From positions 2,191 to 66,190 of the forward strand of contig JAPKNN010000004.1 in assembly GCA_040266715.1 (NCBI GenBank): a stretch of 64,000 nucleotides of DNA. Direction: 5' to 3'. The notes beneath the pieces were generated by a model. The model saw only the letters and a list, made by a program, of their open reading frames with translations, was not told where the DNA came from and did not search any database. This DNA comes from Paracoccaceae bacterium. Lineage in GTDB: Bacteria; Pseudomonadota; Alphaproteobacteria; JAPKNN01. Position 1 is the stretch's first letter. Every line of letters starts with the position of its first letter. The translations under genes were made by a program, and so were the position numbers. Below, one piece after another: positions 33,110 to 41,402 of this stretch.

Positions 33110-33138
33110 AGTGTAAAAAAGCTAGAGATATTTGTCAA
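33110..33138 (-). promoter_or_regulatory. Sigma70-type promoter for the cbiX operon
   Basis: Minus strand TTGACA-N17-TACACT, overlapping the cobD stop codon. Confidence 0.6.
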
Positions 33139-34130
33139 TACATAAAAAACCCTATTAAAATCAGCATAAGGGTAAAACATAGAATGAGAAATTTCTGGTA
33201 TAATTTTAAACCCCTATTAATATCTTTATATGTCAATTCATAGCGTCCAGATGGATTAAGAATAACGGCATCAATTGGTATATTATTATATCTACGCATA
33301 CCACCGAGTTGAACGCAAAGAATAATAGCAAAACCAATTTCTGAATATCCCGCATTTATCGATTCATGTTTGTTGGCATCTTGCCATGAACAATACATAT
33401 GTGCCAAAGATATACGACGTTGACGCCAAGCATATATTACATATAACACAATAAAACATAAACGGCTTGGAACAAAATTAAGAATATCATCAACACGTGC
33501 AGCACATTTCCCAAAATATCTATAATACCCCGTTTTCTTGCCTATCATAGAATCCGCAGTATTAACAATTTTGTAAAAAATGATACCCCCTAAGCCCAAT
33601 AACATATAATAAAATATCGGAGCAATAATTGCGTCATTTACACTTTCCGCTAGCGATTCTAGACTCGCGCGCACAACATCACTTGATGACATATTATCGG
33701 TATCTCTGCCAACAATTTTGCTTAGTGATTGCCTCGCTTTATCTAAATCATTGGATTGCAGATCATGTTCAATCTGTACAACATGTTCGTATAAACTTTT
33801 AATCGCTATCAATATCCATACTATGATAGCTGATACAAATATATATGCACCATAAACGGATGACGCCAATATATATTCTACTCCATAGGACACAATAAAA
33901 GAAAAAAAGCCGCCTACACATATTAAAAACACCCCCATTAGAAATAATATATAGGGGTATTTGGCATATGATTTTGCGTATTTATCAACTTTATTGATAA
34001 CCCACCCTATCCACACAATTGGATGATATAAATGATAGCGGATAAAAGGTTTTTCTCCCAACAGGAGATCTAACATAAGTGCAAACACCAAAATGAGAAA
34101 ACGTGTTTCAATAATTATAACTTTGTCCAT
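33135..34130 (-). CDS. cobD: Adenosylcobinamide-phosphate synthase CobD/CbiB
   Basis: HPIVWIG, IVGRDT, ESLAESVND.IIAP, NTADSMIG, D.LNFVPSRL; membrane protein. Confidence 0.92.
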   Translation of the reverse strand: MDKVIIIETRFLILVFALMLDLLLGEKPFIRYHLYHPIVWIGWVINKVDKYAKSYAKYPYILFLMGVFLICVGGFFSFIVSYGVEYILASSVYGAYIFVSAIIVWILIAIKSLYEHVVQIEHDLQSNDLDKARQSLSKIVGRDTDNMSSSDVVRASLESLAESVNDAIIAPIFYYMLLGLGGIIFYKIVNTADSMIGKKTGYYRYFGKCAARVDDILNFVPSRLCFIVLYVIYAWRQRRISLAHMYCSWQDANKHESINAGYSEIGFAIILCVQLGGMRRYNNIPIDAVILNPSGRYELTYKDINRGLKLYQKFLILCFTLMLILIGFFMY

Positions 34131-35161
34131 TGTGTTAATATTTTTTTAAGATAAGCATACTGTTTTTGTGTCCTACACAAGCCAAAACGCATTAAAAATG
34201 GATACTTATCAAATATCCTTGTGTATATTCTGTGACTCTTCAAATAAGTATGCAAATCATGCGCTTTATCATGATGTAATGTTTGAAAAAAATCACATCC
34301 ATATAATGGATACTCTTCAAAAATATGTCTTAACATCTGATATTGTTTGTGTGATTGTTTCTGTAACCAATTAATCGTTTTTGTGTGCCATTGAGTATCG
34401 CTTAATAATTGCTCCCCAATATATAAGGCATTGCTTCCCACAACCCAAGGCCCTAATAACGTATTTATTTTTTCTACAATCTCTGCATTGCCTAACAAAA
34501 ATCCTAATCGCAGTCCTGGCAAACCAAAAAATTTTCCTATGGAACGTAAAACAATAACATTAGGTAAGAATGTGTGTGCTAAAATGGACATATTGGGTTT
34601 GGTATCCATATACGCTTCATCTATAATCACATATCCTTGTCGTTGATGTAAAATTTTAGCCCATTGGATAATCTGTTCAACCGAATAATAGTGAGAAGTA
34701 GGATTAACTGGATTACAAATAATAAGATGATTGCAATCAGAGGGCAATCTATCCAAAGGAAATTTATAGCACATTAAATTATGTCCTGCACGCAGAATAG
34801 ATTGTGCATACTCCCCATAGCAAGGTTCAATAATGCCAATATTTTGCTGCGGAGAAAATAATAATGGCAATAATTGTATAAATTGCTGTGTCCCATTGGC
34901 AACGCATATATCGTAATTTGTATTATGGGCTAGATAATAATTACGTGCTGCCTGATACAGTGTCATGCTATCTTTTTGATATGGAAGGTTTTTATAGGCT
35001 TTTAAAGCCGATGCATGCGTGCTAGTTGTTAGCTTGTAAAATTGTGGATTAACAGCTGAGGATAAATCAATCCATTTTTGCATATCATCATTGTGTATGA
35101 TATCGCCTAAATTACCCCCGTGTTCAATGGGAAGGTTTGTAGTGAAGCGCCATTTTAACAT
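34115..35161 (-). CDS. cobC: Threonine-phosphate decarboxylase (CobC, Salmonella CobD type)
   Basis: HGGNL, WIDLSS..NP, NPVNPT, DEAY, RSIGKFFGLPGLRLGF PLP motif. Confidence 0.85.
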   Translation of the reverse strand: MLKWRFTTNLPIEHGGNLGDIIHNDDMQKWIDLSSAVNPQFYKLTTSTHASALKAYKNLPYQKDSMTLYQAARNYYLAHNTNYDICVANGTQQFIQLLPLLFSPQQNIGIIEPCYGEYAQSILRAGHNLMCYKFPLDRLPSDCNHLIICNPVNPTSHYYSVEQIIQWAKILHQRQGYVIIDEAYMDTKPNMSILAHTFLPNVIVLRSIGKFFGLPGLRLGFLLGNAEIVEKINTLLGPWVVGSNALYIGEQLLSDTQWHTKTINWLQKQSHKQYQMLRHIFEEYPLYGCDFFQTLHHDKAHDLHTYLKSHRIYTRIFDKYPFLMRFGLCRTQKQYAYLKKILTQWTKL

Positions 35162-35168
35162 GCATAAC

Positions 35169-36506
35169 CTATATGTGATCTATCAAATGAATATATGAGC
35201 CGTAAACACATCCTTTTTGTGCTCCATAGGCACATTTTATCTGATTAAAAGTATCTTCAACATGAGAGAAAAGTGGGGCATATTGATTCTTTACTTCTGC
35301 TTTTTCTTCTTTACTATAATGAAATTCATGCCCCTTCCAGTGTTTTTTTTGAGTTAAGCTTCGCAGTGGTTTTTCATTTGTAATATATCTATACCCTAAA
35401 TGTAGTTTTCTTTCGCTGAAATTTGTTTGTATTGGTAATAGCCCTGACATTTTATGGACAACACCTTGAGAATCCTTCAGGCTTTCTCCTAAAACCATAT
35501 AGCCGCCACACTCTCCGTATAGCGTCTTTCCATTCTGTGCTAATTCTTGTAAAGCACCTAGAAAATGGTGATTCTGTGCTATCTCATTGGCATATAATTC
35601 TGGGTATCCTCCAGGTAGGAAAACCGCATCCGCTTCTTTGTCGGGAGATTGGTCGCGTAACGGAGAGAAAAAACTAATTTCTTTTTTCTGCATTTCCCAA
35701 CTTTTTAATAAATGTGCATATAAAAAACTAAAGGCCTTATCACGTGCAATTGCGATGTGTCTTGCCTTAGTAAACAAATCAACAGGCTGATAAATGTCTT
35801 TATTATGTACAATGTTGACATGACGCATACGTGTCATCAAATCCTCTATGTCAATAGAGCTAGATAATGTATAACTTAATTTATCAATCCTTTCTTTTAA
35901 TGTATTGTGTTCAATAGCTTGTACTAACCCAAGATGACGCGCTGGTAATTGCAAATCTGTGTGCTCATATACATATCCTAAAACACTAACTGGGCAATTT
36001 TTTAATCCCTCTTGCAAAATTTCTTTATGTTTGACACTTGCAACTCTATTAACAATAATTCCTGCTATACATAAATTTTTATCATAATTGATATAACCTT
36101 CAACAAGAGCACCAATAGATTGTCCCATTGAACGGGCATTGATAACTAAAATGATTGGCAACTGGTATGTTTTTGCAAAATCAGCAGTGCTAGAATTGCC
36201 ACTCAATGCCCCATCAAAAAGGCCCATCACACCTTCAATAAGCGTATAATCACTACCACTGACTATATCTTCTAGAAGCCAGTCACAGCTTTGTTTACGC
36301 ATACCCCAATTATCAAGATTATAGCATCCTTTTGCACCTACTATACGATGGAAATCTATATCAATATAATCGGGCCCTATTTTGCCCGCAGATACTTTAT
36401 AACCTTTATTCATCAGTAATTTGAGGAGCCCCATTGTAATTTGCGTTTTACCTCCACCCGTAGAGTTTGCTGCAATTACTATGGTCTTATTATATGCTTT
36501 TTTCAT
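35169..36506 (-). CDS. cobB: Cobyrinate a,c-diamide synthase
   Basis: GGGKT, KIGPDYID, EGVMGLFDG, RHLGLVQA, PGGYPEL, ECGGYM, GHEFHYS. Confidence 0.94.
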   Translation of the reverse strand: MKKAYNKTIVIAANSTGGGKTQITMGLLKLLMNKGYKVSAGKIGPDYIDIDFHRIVGAKGCYNLDNWGMRKQSCDWLLEDIVSGSDYTLIEGVMGLFDGALSGNSSTADFAKTYQLPIILVINARSMGQSIGALVEGYINYDKNLCIAGIIVNRVASVKHKEILQEGLKNCPVSVLGYVYEHTDLQLPARHLGLVQAIEHNTLKERIDKLSYTLSSSIDIEDLMTRMRHVNIVHNKDIYQPVDLFTKARHIAIARDKAFSFLYAHLLKSWEMQKKEISFFSPLRDQSPDKEADAVFLPGGYPELYANEIAQNHHFLGALQELAQNGKTLYGECGGYMVLGESLKDSQGVVHKMSGLLPIQTNFSERKLHLGYRYITNEKPLRSLTQKKHWKGHEFHYSKEEKAEVKNQYAPLFSHVEDTFNQIKCAYGAQKGCVYGSYIHLIDHI

Positions 36507-36561
36507 TATTTCTCTTAAGATATAACATGATCAGTAATCGTTTACTTATCAGTTGCTATGT

Positions 36562-37362
36562 TTAGCTATAGATAAACCAATCTAAAATTTTATGCATATC
36601 CACATTGTCTCCCATAACAATAATTGCAGGAGGTTGAATGTTTTGCTGTTTTACCATTTGTGATAAATTTTTTAAAATAGTAATATTTACTGCCTGATTC
36701 GGTAGACTTGCATTCGTAACAACGGCACAGGTTTCCTGTTCAGATCGCCCATTTTCTAACAGAGTTGTACATATATTGTCTATATGCTTTATAGCCATAT
36801 AAAACACAAGTGGAATTTTCGTTTGTGCTAGTACGGCCCAATTATGTGCGTGTGGCATTTCTCCAGTTGCATCATGACCTGTTATGAGCGTTACCGCCTG
36901 ATTGGTTTCACGGTATGTCAACGGAATACCCGCATAAGCAAGGCCCCCTATACCTGCACTAACGCCAGGAACAATGCGAAAAGGAATACCTGCTTTACGT
37001 AAGGCAACCGCTTCCTCAGCACCTCTACCAAATATAAACGGATCACCACCTTTTAAGCGTAAAACACGTTTACCTTGTTTTGCTAACTCTATAAGACGTA
37101 ACGTAATATCTTTTTGTTTTGGAGAGGGTTTTCCTCCTCTTTTGCCTGCATATTCCAAAAAAACCCCTGAATGTGCAAAAGAAAAAATATCATTATTAAC
37201 TAAAGCATCATAAATTATATAATCCGCATTTTCCAAAGCATGCTTACACAAACATGTAATAAGACCAGGGTCGCCTGGCCCCGCCCCGCACAACCATACA
37301 CTACCCCTTTTAAAATCTGTAAACTGTATAGGTTTAGTATTTTTGTTAATATCGTGATGCAC
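36562..37362 (-). CDS. cobA: Uroporphyrinogen-III C-methyltransferase
   Basis: GAGPGDPGLIT, YDALV, RLKGGDPFIFGRG.EE, GIPLT.R. Confidence 0.93.
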   Translation of the reverse strand: MHHDINKNTKPIQFTDFKRGSVWLCGAGPGDPGLITCLCKHALENADYIIYDALVNNDIFSFAHSGVFLEYAGKRGGKPSPKQKDITLRLIELAKQGKRVLRLKGGDPFIFGRGAEEAVALRKAGIPFRIVPGVSAGIGGLAYAGIPLTYRETNQAVTLITGHDATGEMPHAHNWAVLAQTKIPLVFYMAIKHIDNICTTLLENGRSEQETCAVVTNASLPNQAVNITILKNLSQMVKQQNIQPPAIIVMGDNVDMHKILDWFIYS

Positions 37363-37395
37363 TGTCTATACTCTTGTAATAAGAAATTTCATATA

Positions 37396-38427
37396 TTAAT
37401 TACTTATAGACCAATCATACGGGATCCAAAACTCACTGTAAATACTGTATTTTAACCATACCCATAACACAATACCATAAATGGACACAACGCCAATATT
37501 AAAAAAGGCTCTTACCTTTCCTTTGCTCATAATTTCGCTCATCGTACTGTAAACTGATAATTGTAACGGAAGAAAAAATAACATTGACCTATCAATAATT
37601 GTCGTAAGATTAGGGATGAAAATCAATACAAATGCCGCAACGCTAGCCATTGAAAAAATAAACAAGAGCCTATAATTATCAAATTTCTTAAATTTATTTA
37701 TGAATAGAAAGAATATTACCGCGGGTATAAAATTCATAAAAACTCTTATAAATGCTCCTTGAGAATTAACTTGCTCAGTATAAAAATCCCATTTATCAGC
37801 AATAATATCTGCCGTTATATAATATATGACACTGAACATTACAGGCAGTGATAAAATCATCCTTAAATTGATGAACTTTCTGTCAACAAGCAAACCTAAA
37901 CCTAACATTATTACTGCTGTTTTATGAAAAAGCACAGCTAACATTATAAAAAACGAAAATTGTACAAATTTGCCTGGTTTCCACATACTCAAACCCCACA
38001 TAACAAAACCCAATGCGGCAGATTGTCTGGTATACCCCATAGAAACAACAATCACCAAATACGGAATTGCCGAGGTTAATGCAAGCCAAAAAATGGGTTG
38101 TTTTTTACAATATTTATAGAGACCTATACAAAAAATTGCACTACAAAATAGATTGACACTCCAGATCCCTAAATACTGATGCCTTAAAATCCAGCTCAGC
38201 ATACTATAAGCAAATTCAAAAAAATTATAATCCCATAAAGAGTAATATATCGCGATTTCATACGCAACTGAATATACCGACCAATCAGTGCCAACTTCGT
38301 AACGTAGACCTATAAAAAGTACGAGTATAAAAATATATGTAATAAACAATACATTACGAATATTTTCATTCCTTGTAAGAAAGGCAATTATGCTTGGAAT
38401 AGCATAAAGCACAAAATATATCAGCAC
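37396..38427 (-). CDS. EpsG family (Wzy-like) polysaccharide polymerase
   Basis: GLRYEVGTDW..Y, GYTRQSAA, FHKTA and W.PY motifs; multiple TM segments. Confidence 0.8.
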   Translation of the reverse strand: MLIYFVLYAIPSIIAFLTRNENIRNVLFITYIFILVLFIGLRYEVGTDWSVYSVAYEIAIYYSLWDYNFFEFAYSMLSWILRHQYLGIWSVNLFCSAIFCIGLYKYCKKQPIFWLALTSAIPYLVIVVSMGYTRQSAALGFVMWGLSMWKPGKFVQFSFFIMLAVLFHKTAVIMLGLGLLVDRKFINLRMILSLPVMFSVIYYITADIIADKWDFYTEQVNSQGAFIRVFMNFIPAVIFFLFINKFKKFDNYRLLFIFSMASVAAFVLIFIPNLTTIIDRSMLFFLPLQLSVYSTMSEIMSKGKVRAFFNIGVVSIYGIVLWVWLKYSIYSEFWIPYDWSISN

Positions 38428-38490
38428 TACTTTCTCCTTGATTTAATTTATCTAAGACACACACATCCCTTATCAAATTGTATCAAATTC

Positions 38491-39600
38491 CTAGTTTTTC
38501 ATAGAATTGATAATATCTTTGTAGGATTCAATAGTTCTTTGTATCGTATAGGTTTTTGATACAATATTATAGGCATTATTCGCCATTTTTTCTCTTTGTT
38601 TATAAGTTTTCTGGGACATTTTTTCTATTTTTTCGACTAATGATGAAAGTGATCTTGGTGTACATAGATAACCATTAATTTCGTCTTGTACAAGTTCTTT
38701 ACACCCTGATATATGGGTTGTAATGATAGGTCGTCCCATAGCGCACGCTTCTAACAAACTTCTTGGAACACCTTCGCCATAGTAGGTAGGTAAAACGATA
38801 CAATGTGCCTGTTTAATATAAGCACGCACATCATTCTTAAAACCCAAATATTCAACACAATTATTCTTATCCCATTGCCTAAGAATTTCTATTGATATTT
38901 CCTCACTTGTTTCCCCTAATAATTGAAACTTAACATGAGGACATTTTTCTTTAATTATAGTGGCTGCCTCAATAAATTCCCTTATACCTTTTTCTGGCAA
39001 CAACCGAGCAATAAGCAAAAAGATAATCTCATTCGTATTATGTGGATATGGTTCAACAGTAAAATGAGTTAAATTAATGCCCTCTCCAGGAATTGTGATG
39101 GCCTGATGTCCTGACGTAATACCATTTTTATAAAAACAATCTTCATTATCTTTGTTTAGAAAGATAATTTTATTTACTTTTTTTTGGGATATTTTATACA
39201 TTAATAACACACATTTTTTTAACCAATTTTCCTTAAGAAAAGCTTTTCCTAGTCCCGTAATCATATTAGCGGTTGGTATCCGTAGTAAGCGTGTTATAAT
39301 ACTTCCATATATAACAGGTTTGATGGTGTACTGAAAAACAATATCAGGGCGAGTTTGTCTATATATACGATACAAATCCAGCAACAAACGAATGTCTTTA
39401 AAAGGATTAAGCCCCTTAGGATCAATCCTTAAATCGATACATTGACAACCCATCTCTTCAAATTTTTTAGAACTGCCATCGGCGGGTGCAACAATGATAA
39501 CCTCATTCCCACTATTAAGGAATTCTTGTATAATATCTGCACGAAAATTATACATAGACCAACTTTGGTTTGCCGTACATAATATCTTCATACAACTCAC
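38491..39600 (-). CDS. Glycosyltransferase family 4
   Basis: YNFR..I, YTIKPVIYG, ITGLG, ARLLPEKG..EF, EGVPRSLLEA. Confidence 0.9.
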   Translation of the reverse strand: MSCMKILCTANQSWSMYNFRADIIQEFLNSGNEVIIVAPADGSSKKFEEMGCQCIDLRIDPKGLNPFKDIRLLLDLYRIYRQTRPDIVFQYTIKPVIYGSIITRLLRIPTANMITGLGKAFLKENWLKKCVLLMYKISQKKVNKIIFLNKDNEDCFYKNGITSGHQAITIPGEGINLTHFTVEPYPHNTNEIIFLLIARLLPEKGIREFIEAATIIKEKCPHVKFQLLGETSEEISIEILRQWDKNNCVEYLGFKNDVRAYIKQAHCIVLPTYYGEGVPRSLLEACAMGRPIITTHISGCKELVQDEINGYLCTPRSLSSLVEKIEKMSQKTYKQREKMANNAYNIVSKTYTIQRTIESYKDIINSMKN

Positions 39601-39784
39601 TCATACTGTCTGAATTATTAAAAATTAATTAGAATACATTTCTAATAATTTTATCTATTTTGCTTCTTCTACCGTATATTAGGAAACAATTTGAGGAATA
39701 CATACAATAATAATTAATTAATTGGTATGTTTTTTTTTAATATACATTATAATGGAAAAAAGTAAATTTAGCAGGATATGTTTT

Positions 39785-40801
39785 ATGAGCACTAAATTTT
39801 TTCATTTAATAGCGGAAAATACGTATTTGCTCGCCGATGGGGCCATTGGCACAAACTTGTTTATAAAGGGTCTGCAAGCAGGTGAAATGCCTGAATTATG
39901 GAATATAAACAATCGTTCAGAAGTTTTGTCATTACATAGAAGTTTTATAGACGCAGGTTCTGACATAATATTAACAAATTCATTTGGTGCGAACAAGTAC
40001 CGTTTAGCGTTACATGGTTATGAAAATGATGTGCATCAACTCAATATGGAGAGCGCAAAAATAGCACGTGCCATTGCAGACGAGCAAGAAAGAACCATTA
40101 TTGTAGCGGGATCTATTGGTCCAACGGGGGAAATCCTTGCCCCTTTTGGTTCACTCCAGCATGACGATGCCGTTAGTGCTTTTGAGGAGCAGGGCAAAGG
40201 TCTTATTGAAGGGGGAGTAGATATATTGTGGATTGAAACTCTTTCTTCACAGGAAGAGATAAAAGCTGCTGCCCATGCTGCATGCAAATTACATTTTCCT
40301 TATGCCGTAACTGTCAGCTTTGATACCAAAGGAAAAACAATGATGGGACTCTCGTCAGAGCAATTTTTTCGTTTAATACATGAGCTACCCGAAAAACCTA
40401 TTGCATTTGGAGCAAATTGCGGGACAGGAGTAGGTGATATTCTTATTAACATTAAACAAATTATGGATCTTTTCCCTTCTATCCCCGTTATAGCTAAGGC
40501 CAATGCAGGTATTCCTCAGTATAAAGAAGGACACATTGTCTATGACGGTACCCCAGAGCTTATGGCACTATACGCAAAAGCCGCTCGTGATTGCGGTGTA
40601 TGTGTTATTGGTGGTTGCTGCGGAACAACGCCAGAGCATATCCAAGCGATGCGTATTAGTTTAGATAGCACAAAAAAAGAATTGCACCCCCCTAGTTTTG
40701 AAGAAATTAAGCAAGTTTTTAACAGTACACTTTGTATTGATGCCCCTCATACGCTAGCATCTTCAACACAATCAAGAGGCAATAGACGAAAAAAACATTA
40801 A
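39785..40801 (+). CDS. bmt: Betaine-homocysteine S-methyltransferase / stand-alone homocysteine-binding domain of a split MetH
   Basis: LLADGAIGTNLF, ILTNSFG, GANCG.G, KANAGIP, GGCCGT zinc motif; ATG at 39785. Confidence 0.82.
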   Translation: MSTKFFHLIAENTYLLADGAIGTNLFIKGLQAGEMPELWNINNRSEVLSLHRSFIDAGSDIILTNSFGANKYRLALHGYENDVHQLNMESAKIARAIADEQERTIIVAGSIGPTGEILAPFGSLQHDDAVSAFEEQGKGLIEGGVDILWIETLSSQEEIKAAAHAACKLHFPYAVTVSFDTKGKTMMGLSSEQFFRLIHELPEKPIAFGANCGTGVGDILINIKQIMDLFPSIPVIAKANAGIPQYKEGHIVYDGTPELMALYAKAARDCGVCVIGGCCGTTPEHIQAMRISLDSTKKELHPPSFEEIKQVFNSTLCIDAPHTLASSTQSRGNRRKKH

Positions 40802-40844
40802 TGTGAAGTTTTATACGAAATATTTATACTCTATTGCGCATTTT

Positions 40845-41402
40845 TTACATTTTTAAATCATGTAATAAAGGGAAATCATTGCAACTGGAACGAGGGGTAA
40901 GAAAAGTGAAATCGCTTATTGCATTGCGTAAAATGTAATGTCCCTGATGTGCCATCAAAGTTCTCGTTATCCCTCCAATAGGAAAAACATCCATATCTAG
41001 GCGACACATATACTTTAATCGTTCAAGAATGGCATCGCCTTTCCCTTTTATATAAGCAAAAGAATCCGTTTGATCTGTTATATAAAAATTATTGGTAAAT
41101 TGCAGCGGCATGGATGACAGCGTGGGGAAATCAGTTTCAGAACACAAAAGAAAGATATAATCATGTGCAACTCTTAACACATGAATTTTTTCTTCTTCAA
41201 TTATGAGTGAATGACCAACTTTAGGTAGATCAGCCTTATAGTTTTTCTTAAAACTTTGTAGCGTATCTGCTAAATTTTTTCGTGGTATTGAAGCACAAAA
41301 TAAGGTTACGTTAACGAGCTCCTCAACTGTTAAATTATCTGTTTTATATAACATATTATTCAAAGCCGTCTTTTTTTTTAAAGTCATATTCTGTTTATCC
41401 AT
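40845..41402 (-). CDS. soxG: Sarcosine oxidase subunit gamma
   Basis: Follows soxA with overlapping start/stop; TDQTD, RTLMAH, TPRSS. Confidence 0.75.
   Translation of the reverse strand: MDKQNMTLKKKTALNNMLYKTDNLTVEELVNVTLFCASIPRKNLADTLQSFKKNYKADLPKVGHSLIIEEEKIHVLRVAHDYIFLLCSETDFPTLSSMPLQFTNNFYITDQTDSFAYIKGKGDAILERLKYMCRLDMDVFPIGGITRTLMAHQGHYILRNAISDFTFLTPRSSCNDFPLLHDLKM

Noticed and set aside
32821-33134. Canonical cobalamin riboswitch call
   Set aside because: Conserved GGGAA, GCAACUG and B12-box sequences not recognisable; kept only as a candidate non-canonical RNA
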